DNA from: Tubiluchus corallicola
Lineage: Eukaryota > Animalia > Priapulida
Direction: 5' to 3'
Assembly: GCA_030141605.1 (NCBI GenBank)
Contig: JAQGDQ010000462.1
Span: forward strand, 1 to 64,000
Length of the DNA: 64,000 nucleotides
Shown: positions 40,131 to 52,100 of the stretch, piece after piece
Layout of the letters: every line of letters starts with the position of its first letter
Position numbering within the stretch: the first letter of the stretch is position 1
Made by a program: the position numbers and the translations under genes
The notes under the pieces: generated by a model
What the model saw: the letters and a program-made list of their open reading frames with translations, nothing else
Database searches by the model: none
Told to the model about the DNA's origin: nothing

Positions 40131-41199
40131 CACGGGATGAGACTTAGTAGAACCTTGAACAACTTGAACAATTGTTGACGAGATAAATTTCGAGTGAAAC
40201 TGTCAATTGTTAATCAGATGGAACTTTAACCGAGCATACTAATTACATTATTTATGATAGACCTTTTTTAAATAATTAAACGTGTGACTCATATTACTAT
40301 TTAACTCAAACTACTGTGTACATTTGAGTCTATTATAATCTTGCCTAACGTAGTTAGTATTATCTGAAGACATTGTGTTCGTAATACGTGTTGTATGGTG
40401 TAACTAGGACAAAAGGAGCACACAACATTTTAGAAACCAATCATTTAACAATATGTTTGATTTAACTTCTAAAATTTGGTTTGTCACTCTCTCTAACTCT
40501 ATAGTATACAAGGTGAGCAATTTTTCTAAGATTGTTAATTATGTAGTGTATTTCTCCTGTATAAAAATCAATTAATTAAATAACCTACTAAACCAGTAAA
40601 CTTTTTACTGTTTTGCTGTCATGTATAGAATGCTTTGTAAACGCGGTTGTTTCCCAATTATTCGTGACGAACTTTCAAGGTTCTTGCATATAAATTTTTA
40701 TCACAAAAAATGAACTCGAAAACTACTAAAACTATGTAATCTAGTTTTCTTTAATCTAGTTTTTTTTCTGAGCCAAAAGTAAGTGCATCGTACACAGCAT
40801 TGGTTCATACTGTGAAGCTTCTAAATAGCAGGGCACTTAGTGCTAATGTTATTGTAGTCTAAACCTCGGTACATTTCTGCGCTAGCCGATATTTATGTAA
40901 TATGAATTGTAACTGATGCAGGATGTTTCTCCAATTGTTCACCTTTCATCACCTGCTGTGTGGTAAAGATAAAAACAAGATAGGACGCATTTTTATCAAG
41001 GTAAATACCCACGATATCAGCACACGTATAAAATAAAGCTGCTATATATGTACAAGAACCCTGAATTTATCATTGCACTTATAGTTTAACTCGCACGTTA
41101 CGCATTTGACAGGAATAGTGTTGGGTTTGTTATGAACTAAGGTTGATTGTTTACCTTTAATTCTTGGATTATGATAGTCAGAGTGTTATAAAGGCAAAT

Positions 41200-41303
41200 A
41201 CTATACTATAATACTACATTATACTATACTATACTGCACTGCACTGCACTGCACTACATTGCACTGCACTGCACTACACTACACTACACTACACTACACT
41301 ACA
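41200..41303. repeat. Compound pentanucleotide microsatellite (CTATA)n-(CTGCA)n-(CTACA)n
   Basis: Read directly from the sequence. Confidence 0.9.
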
Positions 41304-41391
41304 TGTTCCACTTTTTCGTTTATTTCCATGCTGTAGCGATGTGTTACGTCGTGTAAGTGGCCAGGTAAGCAGATATGTTCGTAGATGGAAA

Positions 41392-41724
41392 AGGTGATAG
41401 ATCTGTATGGTTTGGTGTAAGTACACAGGGCGAGCAGGTACATATAGGAAGCCAGACAGGTGATAGATCTGTATGGTTTAGTGTAAGTACACAGGGCGAG
41501 CAGGTACATATAGGAAGCCAGACAGGTGATAGATCTGTATGGTTTAGTGTAAGTACACAGGGCGAGCAGGTACATATAGGAAGCCAGACAGGTGATAGAT
41601 CAGTATGGTTTAGTGTAAGTACACAGGGCGAGCAGGTACATATAGGAAGCCAGACAGGTGATAGATCAGTATGGTTTAGTGTAAGTACACAGGGCGAGCA
41701 GGTACATATAGGAAGCCATACAGG
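41392..41724. repeat. 66-bp minisatellite, 5 near-identical copies
   Basis: Unit aggtgatagatctgtatggtttagtgtaagtacacagggcgagcaggtacatataggaagccagac starts at 41392, 41458, 41524, 41590 and 41656. Confidence 0.96.
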
Positions 41725-43692
41725 CATAGCAAATAAGAACAAATAAAATCACACAAAGAGGGATAAATATACAAACAGAGACGTAAACAAAGTACTTTAT
41801 TCTGTTACTAGAAAATCGTTAATACAAAAATTTATTATTTATTTTTTATTCACCAAATTGAATCACTAAAAACTAATTACTAGTCTTTTGTTTTATTTTT
41901 GAAATTAAACGCGATTTGCCATTATGGTAGAATTATTTTCGGTAAAATGTTAATTAATGAAATTTAGTCTTGCAATCAGCTGTTCTTTCTTGCGATGTGT
42001 CAGCTGCAATGTTTAACCAGAACGTGACAAAGATTCAGATGATTGATGTCAAATAGCAAGAGCTTTAGGGGTCATTCACATAATTATGACGATCGTCTTT
42101 GGCCGATTTCGATGACCTACCTACCTTGCATTATACCACCTACCACCTACCTACACCTTATATTGATATGGATGTCACACTGATGTAGCTTTCTGTACAA
42201 TGTATTCTTCTCTTCTGAAGGACAGGCAACAGCATCACTTGTGTTAATTAATGGGAAGCCATTAGTGGATTCTACTGGCATCGGTTGTGGAGGCAGTGGC
42301 AGTCCCAATTATTCACTGAACTCTTTCTGATCAAATGTAAAAAATGCGCGAAGTTGAAAAACTTGAATCAAGTCAAATAACGATGTCATGACCAAGATAG
42401 CGCCTGGATTTATTTTTACCTTGTACCATATTGAATTGTACCAAAACTTCGTTTGTACCATATTTCCTCTAAACAACATTTTCCCAGTGGTAAAATTTCA
42501 CTGTAGCAAAATTAGCAGGACCAAATTTACCTGTACCAAGCTTACAACTGGTCACTTGATTTTCCATGTTTTCAGCTTTGTTTACGTAATGTACGAACTT
42601 GCACCAAGTCATCTAGTTCGGATGCTAAATGTAGTAGACATCCAAGACGGCCCCTCCCCCGTAGGCCACTGATCTATGAATTGCAGGTTTAGCCTTTTGT
42701 ACTTGTGTTGAGTTAGAATGTGCAACTAAAGCACCACGGACAGCGTCCGGTCAGGGTGATCACATTGCAACTCGTCCCGCTATGAAACTGTTAGCTTCAA
42801 AACATTGTGGCTGTTCAGAACAAAAAGCAAAAATTTACATAATTCAAAACGATAACATTGTTTTGAGAAAAAGTATCAGAAAACTCTTTTGTGTGGGAAA
42901 TTTAACAAAATATTATGTAACTAAAAGTAATTGACTAACTTTCAACTTTGAACATGTTCACATTCATACTGAAGGAAATTGTACTTGAAGCAGTGAGAAA
43001 CAGAAACCTATAACAACAACTTCTTTCAAAGTCAGTGTCACGTCTTGCTTGCAAACTTTCACATTCTCAGCAGTCAGTTCGTAATTTCACTTTAGGCATT
43101 TCAACGGTTCCTTGCAAACATTTTGACAAAAACGAATAAATTCTGACTCATTCATTCACATCTCATTTGTTCCACTAAAACTTAAAAATACATTCTGAAG
43201 TAGAAACTACTTTCAGTTGGTCAGCCATGAAATAAACGTCATTTAGCCGGAGAAAACTAAAAAAATAAATAAAATCTTCGGGTTACAGCACAAGTGCCGG
43301 ATTATTATTTTTGTTTTGAAATATACATATATACCATCTTAATGCTCCCTTCATAAACAATGTTTATAATACATAGAACAAAGCATTCGTCATTGAATGC
43401 AGGCAATACAATTTATTCGTTATTGAAACAGAGGCAGTTAGTCCCAATTTCTGAAGAAGTTTGTCCCGAATATAACAGGAAAGAATAAATAAGCAATATG
43501 TCAATAAAACTGTTGAAAACGATATAGCTCCATATAAACAATGAAATGAAAATTTCTCTTACGATAAACATCTGCTGACATGCAACATTTGCCTTTACTT
43601 TTACGCGAGGAGTTTAAGTTGATTGAACCTTCTGCTGAGATGATTATTTTTTGTATAATTGGGTTATTGAGTTCTGCTATTATCATCATAAC

Positions 43693-43762
43693 TGTGTGTG
43701 TGTGTGTGCGTGCGTGTGTATGTGTGTGTGTGTGTGCGTGCGTATGTGCGTGCGTGTGTGTG
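43693..43762. repeat. Imperfect (TG)n/(TGCG)n microsatellite
   Basis: Read directly from the sequence. Confidence 0.9.
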
Positions 43763-44867
43763 ATTTAGGCTTTTCTTAGTTACATCTCTATACTTGCTAC
43801 GCAAACGATATCATTAGGTGAATTACTCCAGAATCTACAATGTTGTGTGAAAGACGATTCAGTCCTATACACTTATTAGATGTGAACTTGTCTAACATTA
43901 ATGAATGGCCTGTATATGGTGATCAAACTGGCCACCTGAGATCTCAATTAACGTCAAACAAAATGTCAATCATTTTCAGTCAAGCTCTGCTGACTGTCCA
44001 ATCAGCTTGCGTTTTTCGGGAGCCTGGCGCTCACAGAACTAGTTCATTACCTCGTGTTTCGGGACAAGCTTTTTCTTATATTCTTATAAAAAACTTTTAT
44101 AACAACTTTTCATTAGTCTGTGGGAGAGAAACGAGCTTGGGTTTAGATTTTATTACTGGTATTGTAATAAATATTGTAAATAAATCGTCTGAATTGTCGT
44201 TTGAAATTGCAAGGCAATTAGTGGAAATATAGTCTAATTTCGTTTTTTATAGGAAGAAATGCGCAGCGCTTACGTCTATGCGTTACTGATTTAGTTATTA
44301 ACAAAATACGCACTTTAGGTTAATGTGCGACCTTGCAAGCTAAACAAAGCAAGTATTTGATTAATGTGGCCAAAATTTGTGTTATATATCAATGTAGAAT
44401 TTGTATTCTATTCTATTCTTTTGGTTATAATCATGGTTAAAAAGATAACCATAAAGTCATAAGGACTTATAGGTTACGTAAGTTGTGCAAGATTGTCTAC
44501 GGAAAAGAACAATCAAATCTATTCTATTTTTGTAGTTGAACAAAGAATTGAAAAATGTAAAAAGTGGAAAAACGCTTAATTGTTAATAGTGATAACGACC
44601 ACACGATTAGTTAAATGTAGAATAATTACATAGTACGTCCATTTGTCTTTAAGCTAAGCTGGCTTAGTTCCTTTATAATAACGACTCTACAAGGCAGTGA
44701 TGTGAATGAATTTTCTAGTTCTTTAAAGCTTCGTTGCTACATTGTGACAACATTTTTTGGCTAAATTCATTTTTCGCAAAAATATCTCCTGCATTGCTTA
44801 TTTTGTGAAAAATTACAATCAGTTTGTCCACTGATTAAACATTAGTTGCCATGTTGCTTACTAAAGA

Positions 44868-45156
44868 GAGTTGTTGATCATCGGGAGCTGATATCCTGAG
44901 TGCTGCTCGACGTAGTTACTTCAAAGCGGAAACGGAAGTGAGTTGTTGATCATCGGGAGCTGATACACTGAGTGCTCTACTCGACGTGGTAACTTCAAAG
45001 CGGAAACGGAAGTGAGTTGTTGATCATCGGGAGCTGTAATCCTGAGTGCTGCTCGACGTGGTTACTTCAAAGCGGAAACGGAAGTGAGTTGTTGCTCATC
45101 GGGAGCTGATACCCTGAGTGCTCTACTCGACGCAGTTACTTCAAAGCGGAAACGGA
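44868..45156. repeat. 72/74-bp tandem repeat, 4 units in alternating (dimeric) variants
   Basis: Units start at 44868, 44940, 45014 and 45086. Units 1 and 3 carry gtgctgctcg; units 2 and 4 carry gtgctctactcg. Each ends in gcggaaacggaagt (the last is truncated at ggag). Confidence 0.93.
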
Positions 45157-45710
45157 GCCATCGACCAATAAGTTTGACGTCAATTGAAACGGTGGGCTCA
45201 CATCTTTATCATATATATGCGTTAAGATCTTATAATCCTCTAACACCTCTAATGCTTCTCAGTCTCCTGTATTTTGGTGCTGGCAATTTAGAGAACTTTA
45301 TCTGATCAGTGTACCATAATTCTCTCAAATCACTAAGCTTTCTTGTGGCATATCTTTGTTCTGTGACTCAACCCAGAGTATCCTGTAGTTAACTTTGTCT
45401 CTTACATCAACTAATTACTTCCGTTAAGCTCCGGTTATTATAATTTCCCTTCCGGTTGCTTCCTGTTAACATAAAATTCTGGATGTTAAAGCTGAAATTA
45501 GTGCTTAAATCAATCGTACCCCAGGTAAGATAATTAATACTGTTTTGTTTTAAGTGAAATTATGAAAAGTAACTGATCAGCTGAATCACCACATTTTAGG
45601 TGCTACACTATCATGAATTTTAGGAGGCTTCAGTCCTTGAACGCCATTATTAACATAAAACTAAATTACGAAAATTCGGACTACCGGTGACATCAAATTC
45701 CAACGTTCCT

Positions 45711-46159
45711 TTAGAAGTAAATCTCGTTGACACCTGCATTCTTGAAGACTTCTGGATATATGTAATAAAGATCCGTGTAAAAAATATGCACAGAAGGTAT
45801 ACGACCGTTTATCGAATTTTGTCCTAACTGAGCTACATTGCCATCATATATCCGTAATATCCCATCAAAGGTCTCTGATACGTTATGTAATACTTTTCTG
45901 TGAAAAAATTTTCTGTGGTAATTGTATATTGCAACCAGGGCGAGTCGGTCAACACCGTCCAAATCGGCTTCTATTCTTGCAAGTTCATGTTTGCTACCTA
46001 CATCGCCACATGTTACGCAGCAATAACCTGTTTCTTCTGCTTTCTCAACTTTACAACATTGAACAGTTTTATTGCAATAATCGGCTGGCATGCAAGAATT
46101 TACTAATACTGAGAGACAGACTGCAACTAGCAGCGTGGGTTAGAGGGTCTGTGGGAACT
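45711..46159 (-). other. Candidate exon or remnant of an unknown small Cys-containing secreted protein
   Basis: A non-repetitive 126-aa ORF extends upstream in frame into hydrophobic PTLLVAVCLSVLVNSCMPA, with one TAA at 46142-46140. Acceptor-like AGs lie at 46161-46160 and 46110-46109. Confidence 0.35.
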
Positions 46160-46606
46160 CTGTAATTAAAACGCCTTAATAAATATATAAGGCTTTAATT
46201 AAATTAAGTCTTCCATAAATATTCTTTGCTGCCATTTGTCTTAAGATACCTGGCTTAGTTCGTTTATGATAACGACCCGACTAGGCACTCAGGTCTATGC
46301 ATTTTGTAGTTCTTTTGAAGTTTATTGCCACATTCTGCTACAAATTATAAAACATAATTAATTTTTTGGCTAATTGAAGTTTTAATAACTTGCAAAAATA
46401 ATTGTGGCCTTGCAAAAAGCACAATCAATTATCGCGTTGTTTAATTTAAGGAGGTTTGCAGTTACACCCAGGCAAGATATATTACCAAGATATGACCGTG
46501 TGGAAGATCTATATCTAGTTAGTGTAAGGAAACCATTGTTTTGCTATTAAGTGTATCGATGAAGGAACCATGTACTCGAGGTACTGCAGAATATGAGATA
46601 CTTTAT

Positions 46607-48915
46607 CTTCTTCTTCTTCTTCCCAGCTTTTCACTATGCGGGGTCGCCGTTGTGAATAAGTTTTCTCCATGCATTCCTGTTGTTGGCCATCTCTTCACTT
46701 ATGTTCTTCTCTCTAAGGTCTCCGTTAATACGTTTAAACCATCGCAGCTTGGGTCGTCCTCTTCTTCTATTTACCAGCACTTCCATTTCCATGACCTGCC
46801 TTCCCACATGATCTTCCCAGATTCCTCTTCTTTTCAGGTGCCCATACCATCGCAATCTTGCCTCTTGCATCTTTTTCGAGGCTTCCACTGTTCCTCTGGT
46901 ATTACTATTCCTGATTTTATCCCTTCTTGTTATTCCCACCATCCATCTCAACATCCTCATCTCCGCCACATCCATTTTCTTCTCTTCGGTCTTGTTTAGA
47001 GGTGCTGCTTCCAGCCCATAGATTAGAGCGGGTCTGACCACTGCTTTGTGAGCTTTACCTTTGTCACGCTGGAATACTCTTATCGCATATCACACCCGAA
47101 ACTTTTCGCCAGTTATTCCAACCACCCTGAATCCTGAAATTCACCTTCTTTCCATTCCTGCAGTCTCGTCTATCATTGATCCCAGATACTTAAAGGTCTT
47201 TACTCTTTTCAACTCTGCCCCATTCAATCTTATTGTTTCGCGTTGGTCCCCATTCATGTCTGTCATAAGGTACTCCGTTTTGGATCTACTAATCCTCATT
47301 CCTCTGCTCCCCAAAGCGGCTCTCCATGCTTCTAATTTTCCTTCCAGTGTTTCTCTACTCTCAGCCACTATAGCGATATCATCCGCATACACACACTCTC
47401 TGTGATGACATCAAACACTATGTTGAACAGTAGGGGGTTAGTGCCGATCCTTGATGTAAGCCGACTTTTACTTGGAAACTGTCTGTTATACCAACTGTAC
47501 TCCGGACTTTAGTTGTCACGTTCTTGTAGCATTCTTGGACTATTCTTACATATTTTTCTGGCACTCCTCTCTCCCTCAGACCTCTCCACACTTCTTGCCG
47601 TGGTACCCTATCATATGCTTTCTCTAGGTCTATGAAAGCTATATGTAGTGCCCTTTGCTTTTCCTGGTGTTTCTCTATATTCTGTCGAAGTGTGAATATA
47701 CCGCCAACCGTTCCAAGTCCCTTCATGAATCCCAACTGTTGCCGTCCTATGTGTACCACCTGTCTCAATCTATTATCCAGAATCCTTTCGAACAGTTTCA
47801 GGGTGTGGAACATTAACTTAATCCCCCGATAATTTTGGCAGTCCTGGATGTCTCCCTTCTCTTTAAAAATCGGTATCAGAGTACTTTCCCTCCATTTTTC
47901 CGGAATTACCTCTCTCTCCACTATTTCTCTCATCAGTTGGTGCAATATGTCAATCCCTTCTTCTCCCAAAGCTTTCCAAACTTCCACCGGTATTCCGTCC
48001 GGTCCCGTAGATTTGCCATTTTTCATTTGCTTTAATGCTAATTCCATCTCCTGTCTTGTCACCCCTGTTACCTCCAGCTCATTCGGTTCTCCATCATCCC
48101 TAACCAGTCTTTCATTTTCCTTGTTCAGCAGCTTCTTGTAGTATTCCTTCCACCTCCCCAGGACATCGCTTTCTTTTCGTATTACTTGCCCCCTTTCATC
48201 TTTGATCTGCCGTATATGCCTAATGTCCTTTGTACTCTTATTTCTCAGCTTCGCCAACTTGAAAACTCTCCCCTGTCCTTCCCTGGTGTCCAACTCTTCA
48301 TAAAGGTTGTCATACGCCTCCGCTTTTGCTACAGCTACAGTTCTTTTCGACTCCTTACAAAACTGTTTGTAATACTCTCTGTCCCTGTCCAACTTGGTTT
48401 CTCTCCATCTTTTCTTTGCCATTTTTTTCTCTTTTACTTTCCACTGCACCTCTTCTCCAAACCACCATGTTTCTCTGTTTTCCCATATTTTACCACTACA
48501 TTCCCCGAGAATTTCTTTTCCAGTCCTTATAATATTTTCACTCAGCCTGTTCCACCATTCGTTTATTTCTTCCGTTTCGTAGTCCACCTCTCTGAGCACT
48601 CTGTCTTAAAAGAGTTGTTTAAGGTTCTGCTCTTTTAGTTTGAACCATATAATCCTTTTTTCCGTCGTGACTTTCCTTTTCGGCCTATGCGTAACAGCTA
48701 TGGTGAGATCCATAACCATCAGGTGGTGTTGTGCTGCTACGTAGTCTCCTGGTATAACCTTGCAATTTCTTATCTCTTTGATGTCTCTCCATCGGTAGAG
48801 TAGGAAGTCTATCTGGCTTTCTCTATCCCCACTACGGTAGGTTATTAGGTGGTCATTTTTCTTGCGGAATATGGTATTTCCTATCACCAAGTCAAAGGCT
48901 AATGCCACGTCGATT
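46607..48915 (-). mobile_element. 5'-truncated RTE-clade non-LTR retrotransposon
   Basis: Endonuclease end SQIDFLLYR..NCKVIPG...QHHL; RT motifs NYRGIKL, FIDLEKAYDRVPR, GLHQGSAL, YADD, FKYLGS; RTE-type end EARLRWYGHL..RGRPKLRW. (AAG)n 3' tail. 17-bp TSD aatatgagaYactttat at 46590-46606 and 48916-48932. Confidence 0.95.
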
Positions 48916-49108
48916 AATATGAGACACTTTATATTAGTAGCTTTACAGAGACAATATAAAATTTTGAAGCAATGTAAAAGCAATGTTCAACAGTACTACT
49001 GTAGATGTTTATTCAAGACATATGTTAATAATTAGCTATGAGACAGCCATTTTAAGTTTAACAAACATTTCAATAAATTTTTCATTCTATAATACTGCAT
49101 TTAAATAA

Positions 49109-52100
49109 TTATTTCCAAGATTCAACAATCTTTGAAAAACGAATTTTAAATACCGTTCTATCCACTTTTTGACTAATGTGATCCACAATATCATAATGTG
49201 TTTCCATGTACCTATATCTCTTAATTACTAACCTGTATGAGTTTATTAATATGACTCTAAACAAACACAGTAAAATTGCGAACGATAAAACAATGAAAAT
49301 AACTAAAAAGAATAAACCAAGGTATGAAGACTGGGCTATCGTGACAAAGTAATCTCTACCTGCTCTTACTAATAAATATATTAAGGTTCGTAGTGATGTA
49401 GCCAATGTGTTAAATTCTGGTTGGTTTTTTCCAAACATCAAAGTGGCAAACAGAACAAAAGGAATTAACACAAGTATAGTCATTAAAGAGAAGTTGACTA
49501 TTGGAGCATATGAGAGAGACAGAGTGAAACAATAAACGGCCATTACTTGGTTGAATAGTAACATGTGCCACAATTTAATCGTTACAATAAAAATCAGGAT
49601 GCCCAGCACACACTCAACAGCAAAGTCCCATAATGCAGCTTCGTAGAAACTAATAAAGGCAGACTGTTTTGCAAGGAAGTTTCGCTTTAACAGTGACTCG
49701 ACAACAAGAGTTCTTTTGGCAAAAAATGCCACACCCATTACAGACAAAACCAATATGCTTAACTCAATGTAATTCCATAATTCAAAAAAGTACGCAGTTT
49801 TCAAGTGATAAAGTTTTGCCACTTCTCTGACTGCAAAAAGTAGAACTAGAAATAAGTAGAATATTTCAACCATTGCAGTAGACCACGATACCGTCTTCAC
49901 ATATTTCACAAGGTCCATTGTCATAATACTGTGATATGGAGCCACGGCACCAGTTCCAGTAAATTCCACCGCTAGAATGATAACACTAAACAAATTTGTG
50001 TTGGAGTTAAACAAAGTGAATTCAATCATTAGAGCACGAGTGTGATCATTTATCCATCTGGAGTTCCTTAGAGAGTTAATAATGGATTTGTTTTCAGTCA
50101 GATTTCGAGTCAAAGTCTTTACGTAGCCGCCTCCACTGTAGTAGGCAAATTTACCTGTATAAATAACACAAGTTTATTTTAGAAGCATTATAAGAAAGCA
50201 TATAGTATTATTACAAAGTATTTAATGCACTTCCATACTAAATATTTATGAAGCTTGTAAAATTGGCTTAAAAACACTGGTAGCACTCTATTATGATTTA
50301 TATTTCATAAATCATTTACAAAATTGATACGTGCAGTCTAGCAAAAGAGTAAGCAGCAAAAGCTTGATTAATACATGAATTAAAACATAATTGTCCAAAA
50401 TTACTCTAAATACAGTTGAAAGTAAAACTTAAATCTATCATGGAATAATTAAACAATTAAATCTGAAATATAGTTCAGATTTGCTAAAAGAGAAATTAAA
50501 AATCACGCAAGAGACAATTTTCATCAAAGTAAAAGAAAAACACAAGCAGCAATCCTTAAAGGTGGCGTTACTGGTTATTTCAGACAGGACGCATTGTTAC
50601 TGCTCCTGGTTTTAGCATCAGCATCAGCATATTACTAAAACAGAATCTTGTAAATAGATAAACAGCCTGTTATTAAACACTATTAGTTTAATATTAGTTT
50701 GATATTAGTTTTATTTATACACAAGCACACACATCCGCGCACACATGCATGCACGTGCACACTCACACGAATAAGCACATACTTATATTTAGAATGATAA
50801 TGAATGGTTTTGCCATCTTTGTCTACAGTCTATTTTTCTGTTCAATAATATACCAGATGATGAAGAATTTAAACATATTGCACGTTTTTCAAATTTTGGT
50901 TCTATCTTGTGCAATTATAATTTATATCTCTTTTGCACTGAATCAGATGATAGCAATAATATCACGAATATGGCAGATCCTGATTTAAATTTTTTTAACT
51001 CCAAACTTAGTACCAAAAAGCAATTACTATGATGAAGATCAGTTCACATCTTTGTACAGTAACACTGATTTCAATACACCACTGTCTATGATCCATGTTA
51101 TTATTCGTAGCCTAAAAGCTCATTTTGATTATTTAAATGTATATTTAGAATCATTAACTATAAGTTTTTCAATTATTGCCTTATCAGAAACATGGCTCCA
51201 AGATGATTCAGGAGTAACCATTTCCCTGCCTGGATATGAATTTGAATGTATAAATCGTAAACACAAATCTGGTGGTGGAGTCGGCTTGCTTATAAGGAAA
51301 GACATACCTTATACAGTGAGAGAAGACCTATGCCACATCAATGATCCAGACATAGAATCACTTTTCATTGAATTAAGCAGCAAGAATAAAAATACAATAA
51401 TGGGAGTAATATATAGACCACCTGGTGAAAATCCTAACCATTTTACAGACAAAATACAGAACACTATGGCAATTGTTAATAGACAAAACAAACATATTTT
51501 CTTACTAGGGGAATATAATATAAATTTAATAAGCCATGCTTCTCCCAACGAAACCGGACACTTTTTAGACACAATGCTGACCAATTATCTGTTCCCTACT
51601 GTTACAAGACCAACAAGAATTATGCCTTATTCAGCAACACTAATTGATAATATATTTACTAATGCACTAGATTATAAGTATAAATCAGGTATTTTTCTAA
51701 CAGATATAACAGATCACCTCCCAATTTTTTTAATTATTGATCTCAAAATTGAAACATTCAGCAAGGAATACGTGCACAAACATAGTTATAATGTTCATAT
51801 AAAAAACAAAATTATCCAAGTTTTAAATCAATGTGACTGGTCAGATTTATATTCTGCAACTAATACCGAAGATGCATACAATTTATTTCATACTAAGCTT
51901 TCTGATATCTACAACAAAAATATTAAACTACAGAAAAATAATAACAATCATAAAGCAGCAAAAACACCTTGGATCACTACAGCAATTTTAGAAAGTGTTA
52001 AACGGAAAAATAGAATGTATCGTTCTCTAGTGAACAAGACAAATAATAACGTATCTGAAGTAGAATACAAACGATATAGAAATGAACTTAATACAGTTAC

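Noticed and set aside
42066-42160. Harbinger/Tourist-like terminus ggggtcattcacataatt
   Set aside because: No matching second TIR was found nearby.
41392-45156. 66-bp and 72/74-bp arrays as CRISPR-like repeats
   Set aside because: The units are contiguous with no unique spacers, there are no cas genes, and the context is eukaryotic.
47632-48638. Plus-strand ORFs overlapping the RTE (and similar antisense ORFs over the CUB exons, PKD exons and LINEs)
   Set aside because: Antisense shadows of real coding frames with no recognisable motifs.
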